This document shows positions 54,829 to 64,000 of a stretch of 64,000 bases of DNA, piece by piece. The position numbers and the translations under genes were made by a program. Origin of the DNA: Raillietiella orientalis. Its lineage: Eukaryota. Numbering within the stretch: position 1 is the first letter of the stretch; each line of letters begins with the position of its first letter. Location of the stretch: NCBI GenBank assembly GCA_036172245.1, contig JAYWIR010000034.1, positions 682,001-746,000 on the forward strand, read 5' to 3'. Under the pieces are notes generated by a model. The model ran no database searches. It saw nothing but the letters and a program-made list of their open reading frames with translations, and was not told the DNA's origin.

Positions 54829-54886
54829 GTCAAATCGCTGATAATAAGTATTATCGGCGATTTGACTTTAAAAAAAAAAAAAAAAA
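54829..54886. repeat. 18-bp-stem hairpin followed by an A17 tract
   Basis: GTCAAATCGCTGATAATA-AG-TATTATCGGCGATTTGAC (one T.G pair), then TTT and A17. Confidence 0.9.
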
Positions 54887-55248
54887 TGTTTCATTGAAAG
54901 GAAATAGGTGATTCTAGGTATGGTAATGCAATAAAACAAGAAATGCAAGAAACATTAATATGTAATAGATGGTGTTTTGCATGTATGGATTTATGAACAG
55001 ATCTTGCTCGTGGGTTTCTTATGCAGCCCTTATTCAGTGGCAACAGTCTTCCTAATTCTGTAGAAAGCCTTGGTGTTAACGTAAGAGTATCTGGTAAGTG
55101 AGTTCAGCGTTTCACAATGTATTTTGAATGAATTCATCTTCAATTCGTAAATTTTGTTTTCCATTGTTCGTACACGTTTATCATTAATTCGGATTCAAAT
55201 TTTCACGACCTTGACGTTTGGCACAATCTAATGAAGGTCAAAAAGAGA

Positions 55249-55393
55249 GGAGTACCTGGAGCATGTCTTCGTTATGATCTTGAAATTGCATTAGAGGATG
55301 TACTTAAAGGAATACATGCATTATGTGACAAATGTAAAATGTGATACATGTCGACGCACAGGTAGCGAAGGAGCAATAAGACCAGTTCAGTGC
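55249..55393 (+). pseudogene. dnaJ: Bacterial (Wolbachia-like) dnaJ internal fragment, frameshifted
   Basis: Frame A reads GVPGACLRYDLEIALEDVLKGIH; after a frameshift at ~55318, frame B reads [25 protein letters not shown]. This matches the bacterial DnaJ [18 protein letters not shown] motif plus the first CxxCxGxG zinc repeat, and closely follows Wolbachia DnaJ as I recall it (not searched). Confidence 0.82.
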
Positions 55394-58247
55394 TCTTTCG
55401 AAGTCCTTCCTTCGTTTCTTTCCGTTTTCTCAAGTTCACTAGTTTTTATGAACACAAGTTTTCTCACCATCGTTCAAAATGTCTCAATACAAAACGGCTG
55501 TAAAACCATGTTGCACTGTCAACAGTAATTTACTACGTTGAGCTCTTCCAAAAGCCTTAAATTTGGGCGTATGGTAATGAGAATCGGCAAATGAATAGTT
55601 TTGATTCTACTGTTGCAGTTTTCAAGAAAGTATCTATAACGTTGACTGAATCAGCAAAGTCAGCCCAGCAGTATGTGGCAATTATTTTACCAAAACTAAA
55701 CGTCAGTTGCTCCTTTGCAAATGGAAATCGCGCGCATCACACGCAGCAGCAGATTTTTGGGATGCTTAGGGATTCGCAAACGCATCCTCCCTCGATCTGG
55801 AAATTGGCGGCAGCATTCTTTGGAGAATTCATCCTGCATACGGGCAACTCGAAATGAAAAACGGTTCGTTCGCGCAGTTTGCTCGTCTTCCAGCCGTCAA
55901 TCCAGTTCCACTGAATGAACACCATGCATTCCTCCTAGGAAAATGGAAACATCACAATTCTTAGTGGGAAAACTTTTCCAGTGGAGGTGGATTTCCGTGT
56001 ATCTGTGGATTATTCATACTGAAACCTACTTTTGTGGAGAAGCTTGAACGTTTGAGTTCTCAAGTTGGTTTACTGTTAATATTAATTTTTCTAATACCAT
56101 CTGAATTTCTCTTTGAATTATTTGAACTTTCCAAGTTAATATGATCCCGTTGAACTCCCCTTCTAACTCCAAAACATGAAAAAAATTTCCAGGTCCCTAA
56201 TGCAGAACCAGGAAGAAGGAGACCGTTGCTCGTTCTTCGTTCAATTACGACGTCAGGTCTCCATTAGATTCGGTGAATGGTTACACAGTTTTCATCGGAG
56301 TAAACGATCCAAGTAGTAAGAATCCGTGTATTATTTGACGTTCGTACTCTAAATAAATGGAGAATATGCTTTTTCAAGTCTTTGTAATCCCAAATAATTG
56401 TTTTCCCGTTCCTCAATGGATTGTCTTTCTGACTTTAGAGAGAATACTCATCGCTTTAGGATTACTTCGCTCATATTTAGTGAAATTTTAGACTTGCAAC
56501 AGAAATGGAGGCTCGCATTGAACAACGACATTGCCAAAGCTGAAATTCTCAATCAGAATTGCACTTTTGCGTTTCCGTGGCTGAACGATACGAACTGCCT
56601 ACCAGTAGTAGTATGTACTTTCCTGAAATTCATTAGGTATTTCTGGGAACATTAACCACACCCGCTGCAACATTCGCCTTTCCTCCTCATTCCTACTCTT
56701 TCAAGAGCTGCCTTACCACCTATAACGATTTTATCTACCTCCTTCGGTTGATTTATGATCACAGACTCAGAGTTTTCATTCGTAATAGCCTTTCGCACGA
56801 CAAACTCAAATCACACAAATTTTTCTTAAATGGAGTTTTCTTAATACTCGCAGAAAATGTTGAAAGGCACGCAAGGTGCAAAAATTGAGAACTATTACTC
56901 CAACTTTTAAGTGAATAACTCGATAATGCAAATGCTGCCAATAGATTGAATAGCATGAGCATCAACACCGTAATACTCTGTAGTTCGGGTATCAATTATC
57001 ATCACAGTGTCCGCTGCCTGATTGGAATTCATAAAAGACCTTCGGTTTTAAAATCCCGAACCTCACAAGAACTGAAGGTGCTAAATACACTTAATGGCTG
57101 TGCAAATGCTTCCAACATATCTTAAACAGGATACATGCAAAGTTCAAACTTTCGAGATATTACAAGCCAACTACCAGAACGAGTTTGCAAAGCACAGCTA
57201 GAAGGTGTAGGTGAAAATATTTCTTCAGTGGAGAATATGTATGGTTCATAAAGGTTTCACCATGGATGTACCCAAAACCCATGAAACTCTTGAAATATTA
57301 ATAAGGAATGCAGTATCCAATCGAACCTGTGTTTTGAATTTAGTGTTGAACAAATTTATTTATTCCTTTTGAATCATTTAAATGCTACAATGTGCTGTTC
57401 TTCACAGTTTTTGTATTCACTTAATGTTCAGGTATTAAGGAAAATGTGAGTGCTGTACCATGTGTGATGGCATAAATAATTTCCATACATCCTTGGTAAG
57501 TATCAGTCATTTTATTTTCACAAAAGAGCATTTAACAAAAAAAATGAGATACATTAGACAGAATTAAAAGAACAGTTTGGGGCAGCTATGAAATAAACTT
57601 TTGAGATCTTTTAAAGTACACTGGAAATGCAGAACTACTTTGAATATCAATCAGCTAAATGATGTAGGTGAAGACCATCATAAATAAAAATTACATTGTT
57701 CTAAGCAGACCTTACAATCGGGATTCAAACTGTAATGGCACAATCAATACAAACCACAACCATTTCTGATTGCATATTTTCCAAAATCATTAAATTAATG
57801 CAAAACTGATTCCAAGGGAGCCAACAAAAAGGAATAAAAGGCATGAGAATCAAAACATCCATTAAAACAGTGATTGCAGTGCTTCAACATTAATTATACA
57901 TCACCAAGAATTCCTTAAAGAATAAGGATATATGAAATTAAATTACTGAATATGTAAATAGAATGCAGTTTCTTACAGCATGCAAAAATGCTGAGAAGGC
58001 TCACAAAAGGGAATACAGGTAATGCAAGCATGAACAGGACACCCATATTTTCAAATTTTCTCAACCATCAAACTTGGAAATTAAATAAAAAATCATATTC
58101 AGTTTTAATACTAGATACTTCAAACATCTTGTAAGCAATATTGTCATATTTGAAGAAATGTGATGTGCACAGTCCCCAGAAAATAATGTGCACTTTTACA
58201 CATAAAAAAATCGTTGTAAATATATCTAAAAACAGCATTCAAAATAT

Positions 58248-60229
58248 CTAAATACGTATTTCCTTATGAAATTTCTCTAGTTTTTTCTGGCTAATTTGTT
58301 CCTGGAAAACACTCATGAAAAGCATCCACGGCACTCTTAAAGCCTACCAGCTCATTCATCACAGGCCAGCTGAGTGCATCCTTCACTACTTGCAAAGCTT
58401 CTGCTTTTTTGTTCAGTGCTACAAGGCATAAAGCAATATAAATAGTGTTTTCTTTCCAAGGCTTGGAATTCAGGTGTTCAGCATCCCTGAAGTGTTCTAA
58501 GGATTCTTCAACAGAAGGAATAGGAAAGGAATCCAAGAATGTCAAAAACACTTTCTGCTGAATCCAAGACAACTGTGACACCTTTCATGAAATGGTTAGT
58601 TCACTACAAGATCAAATAATGCTCACATTATAACAGAGGCATCCTAGAAGGTGATGCAAAATGGGAATACATGGATTCAATTCCAATGCAATATCTAGAT
58701 GTTTTTTAAAATTAACCACATCGTGCATTCTTTTTGCAATATTCTGTGAAGCAGCTCGATAACCATGTGTAACAGAACACCAAGTGTGTGCCATTGGTGA
58801 CTGTGGATCACTTTGTACACTTTGTATAGCATAATTGACAGCTGAATAATGCTTTCAATCATCACAAGATAAAAATTTCCAAAAGCACCTATTCCATTAT
58901 AGCTGTCTCTGTCGATGAGTTGACCAGCACTCTCACTAAATTGTGCCAGCAAATGATAAGATCGAGCAAGGCGCCATAAGAATTCTGAATTATGACCATA
59001 CTACATATAAAAGAATTACATTCCAATTCATTGTTTTCAAAGATTTTAAAAACAGAGCGATTTACAATTTAAATACATTGCATTCAACCAGAACTAATAA
59101 ATTAAATGCAAGATTCAATATTTTAAAGAAATGGCACTATGAAACATGTAATTTTTAACTCAACACCTTAAGAGTTAAAAATTAATGAAAACAATATACC
59201 TCAAGTGTAAACTACGGTATTTAATTGATCAGAAAAATCACAATGCATCTACATCAGTACAGTATTGTCAAAAGCTACCAAGCTTTTCTAGCCTTTGACA
59301 GAGTGAGCATCAATTGCAAAATTGCAAATCCACGTTTCTTTCCTTGTTTATTTTTACTAATAATACATAATAACCAATTCAAACAGAAGTCACTAATTCT
59401 ATGGCAGCAACTTCAATAGGATTCGTATAACAGTATTTTATTATTCGAATTTTTAACACCATTGATAACTAACACATATTTTGCAGAAAACTTTGAATCA
59501 ACTGACTAGCTACTTCAACTGTTACAAAAGTTAAAGATATTACACTAAGTCATTATCTATTTATAACTCGACAATATATTTAATCAAAACTACAAGAAAG
59601 CATTCACATTGTTTAATTTTGGGGAAGCATTACTAACTTGGGCAATAGCGTCCTTGAGAATACAAATGGCATTTTCCTGATCTGCAGTTGAACCATTTGC
59701 AAGTCCATCTACTTCTTCAAGGAGCTGAAAATGCAGTGACTGATCCTTGCACTTACTTTCTTTTAAACTCAAAACAGATGTTACATTTTCCACACTGCAG
59801 GAAAAGAAAACTATCTAGGTAACTGCATTATCTTTCAGTCGTTGTCATGATGGTACTATTCAATTTTCATTTTACACAGTTCAAATGCGCTTGCAATATT
59901 AACTCACACGTAACATGAAATTTTAAATTACAATTACCACTCAGTGTTTTCCACACAATCGAAAAATTCTTCTAGGCTCGTGGACGTGCTCGCTTGACTT
60001 AATGAGGAATGCAAAATTTGATCTCTCGTTAATGACTTAACGTTAGCACACTTTCCTACATCTTTTTTTTGTGTCCCTACAAGAAACAGCATTCTATGGA
60101 AATGTGAACCGATCTACCTTGAAGAATTTTCAATTGAATGTACAGCCATAATGCGCTGGCCCCTACTACCATTCCAGTGATAAATGTTGTGCAGACAATT
60201 AATCCAGTTTTAAAACCATACGGCATCAT
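58248..60229 (-). CDS. Regulator of microtubule dynamics (RMDN/FAM82) family protein with an N-terminal transmembrane segment (RMDN2/3-like architecture)
   Basis: Exons 60229-60118, 60076-~59940, 59794-59638, 59000-58889, 58841-58627, 58581-58348, 58301-58248, all GT-AG. Motifs: hydrophobic LIVCTTFITGMVVGASALWLYI, EEFFDC (FFAT-like), EFLWRLARSY, AHTWCSV, FKKHLDIALELNP, LHHLLGCLCYNVSQLSWIQ and KPWKENTIYIA. Confidence 0.88.
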
Positions 60230-61441
60230 GGGAGCATTTGCTTACGTTTGAGATGATAAATTCCATCGAAATAAAAGCTATTGGCCAATGAAGAGAGATG
60301 GCTTACCAGAGTTCGCAAAATCAAGGCAGTAATTGCTGTGCCTCAGACGCGTCTTCGAATACGAAAACGCAGTCGAAACACTATACCTCGATTTTTGAAC
60401 GACTTTTTAAGGTGATTACTTCATTTGTGTAATCCTTCAGAACCCCATTTCAAAAAATGAGTTTTCAATAAAACTCGAAGATACCTATTTGTCAAAGAAA
60501 AATTGAAGACATATAGCCACTGTGCTCTTCATAAAAGGCTGAAAATTACTTTACAGTGCAATTTTAAAAGACTTCATACATTATCATTAAGTTTGTAATA
60601 TTCCAAGAAATTATGGTATAATTTCTTCAAGTGTCTTACTAGAAAGTCCTGAAAATGCACGCCTAATGCGGATTTTATGAAAAGCACGTAAATTCATTCC
60701 TGTTAAGTTTACTCATGGTGTAGAGGGAAAGACTGGAATTTAACTCCATTACGGGCTTTCATTTGTTAACCTGCCATCAGTAACAAATTTGCCAAAGGTG
60801 TGACATATACTGAATTTTTGTTTATATCTTTACTTTTGCAGCTTATGATTGAGATTTCGAACTTTCCACTGACATGCCACGTTTTCCTATCAATAGTTCA
60901 TTAAACATATATTTAGATTCACTGATGATTCAGAGCCATGGATGACTTTCTCCGTATGAAGGGTATTACATGCATAGCCGACATTTTCACCTAAAGCGGG
61001 CAACATTCAGCGTGCAACACAGGACTTTGGTTTTCTTTAAAATTTTCTTTTTTCTCCTTCATTTTCTAGACAAAAGTTTCAATCTAACACATGCATTTGC
61101 ACTTTTATGACCTTCGCAATGCACTGTGGGTATGAAAACCGTATTAAGACAATATCGATGTTTGTGTTTACTTGGTGTAATATGCACTTCGGTGTAGAAA
61201 ACCTTTATGTAGTAATCAGTTTAGTGCTCACATGCAGTAAAATGCTTCGGCACTTCGATATTTTACAATTACTTTTCTAAATACGGACGCTTTTATTAGT
61301 CACCATTATTTCCGATTTCCATTGAAAAGAATTGAACAGCTTAAATGTAGCATCCGCTTACCAACGTATGCTATCATGCAACTTTACATTAAGGTGCCCA
61401 ACAACTAACGTTGTATTAGTGTAAATTATCACAAGTAGATT

Positions 61442-61497
61442 TTGGTTTCTTTCTAGGAACATGAAACATGAGTTTCATGATCCTAGAAAGCTACCAA
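61442..61497. repeat. 56-nt hairpin (~26-bp stem, 4-nt loop)
   Basis: TTGGT-TT-CTTTCTAGGA-A-CATGAAAC-ATGA-GTTTCATG-A-TCCTAGAAAG-CT-ACCAA read directly. Confidence 0.85.
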
Positions 61498-62274
61498 GAA
61501 CGAATGCTGGAAAAAAAAAAAGGGGTAGCCTGTGTTTCGGCATGGGTAAATGTTTGAATCGGTTATTTACTCTTAACAAATACCGTTTTTTTACTTTTTC
61601 AGGTGAAACTTGATCGTTTATACAACCAAAAATAATGAAAAATTGCAAAATCAATGCTTTCTGATGCTCTGTATTTCAAGCAAGCACATGCTATTTCATT
61701 TTTTCTGCAAATTAAAACTAATCTATTCAATATAACTGATATGTAGCACATGGGCAAAAAGTGCAAGAAAACTAATTTATCTTCTTGTTTATCCAAATTG
61801 AGAATTCCCTTGTGTCTGTTTTGTTTTCTGCCTACATGGGCCTTATAGTATAAAATGTCAATCAGAAATGCTCCAATTTAATATTTCTCATGCTCTTCCC
61901 ATTGCTAAGTAAAAACTAATTGAATTATTTGAGTACTTAAGTTGATAAATCATGAAAAACCCTCCACTGAATGATTTCGAGAGTCTACCATTTGATAGAT
62001 TGTAAAATGTACTATATTTTACACAATGCGTATGCTAATCGTGAACTGATACAAAATGCAAACTTCATTTAGCTGGCAGTAGAGGTAAAACAAATAAAAT
62101 ATCAAATAGCGGATGATGGAACACTTATGATACTTGCAGTTGTGAAGAATCATATGTATGGTCTATCATTATGACGAGCAAATTAGTTCAGATACTAGTT
62201 TCTATAGACTTGCTAATCTACTATCTTGCACCAACTGTATGCAGACAAAAACTTTAACTGCTTCAATTTGCTTT

Positions 62275-63868
<1,594 letters not shown>

Positions 63869-64000
63869 CTAAATAGCGAGGTTATTTCATAAATTAATGC
63901 ATTAGCTACTAATGCACCGGAACTCTTGCTAATTAAAGCATTATTTCAATTAATCCATTATTAATACGATTCCATGTATGCAACACTTTAAAAATCAATT

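Noticed and set aside
55045..55098. SLPNSVESLGVNVRVSGK resembling the DnaJ C-terminal SIPKG..VRVSGK segment
   Set aside because: The match is short, lies upstream rather than downstream of the dnaJ fragment, and overlaps a GGTAAGT splice-donor-like site; likely chance.
56398..57000. Weak transposon-like peptides (NDIAKAEILNQ, CR1-like; RVIHLKV..LRAFQHF, BEL/Pao integrase-like)
   Set aside because: Single short motifs without collinear support.
57000..57250. Possible small plus-strand exons (AG..GT pairs around a ~50-nt intron)
   Set aside because: No recognisable protein and no start exon; cannot be supported without transcripts.

Overview
Eukaryotic (invertebrate animal) nuclear DNA in two very different parts. 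Roughly 1-21.5 kb is visibly GC-richer and contains only decayed sequence: a near full-length L1/Tx1-type LINE (minus strand), a second LINE 3' fragment, a dead tyrosine-recombinase ORF, and at least four broken copies of an unrecognised gene family, three of which carry a ~42-bp (14-aa) repeat. From ~22.4 kb onward the sequence is AT-rich and holds four minus-strand genes: a spastizin/ZFYVE26 orthologue (>=23 exons traced by hand), an intronless RING-H2 E3 ligase, an RMDN-family gene and the 3' part of a CCDC102-like gene. Introns fall into a very short class (38-55 nt) and a kb-scale class. The most notable observations are a frameshifted fragment of Wolbachia-like bacterial dnaJ at ~55.25-55.39 kb (candidate nuclear Wolbachia transfer), a DUF547-like domain inside spastizin, two GC-AG introns and several near-perfect hairpins. 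All homology calls come from motif recognition by eye and from memory; no searches were run.
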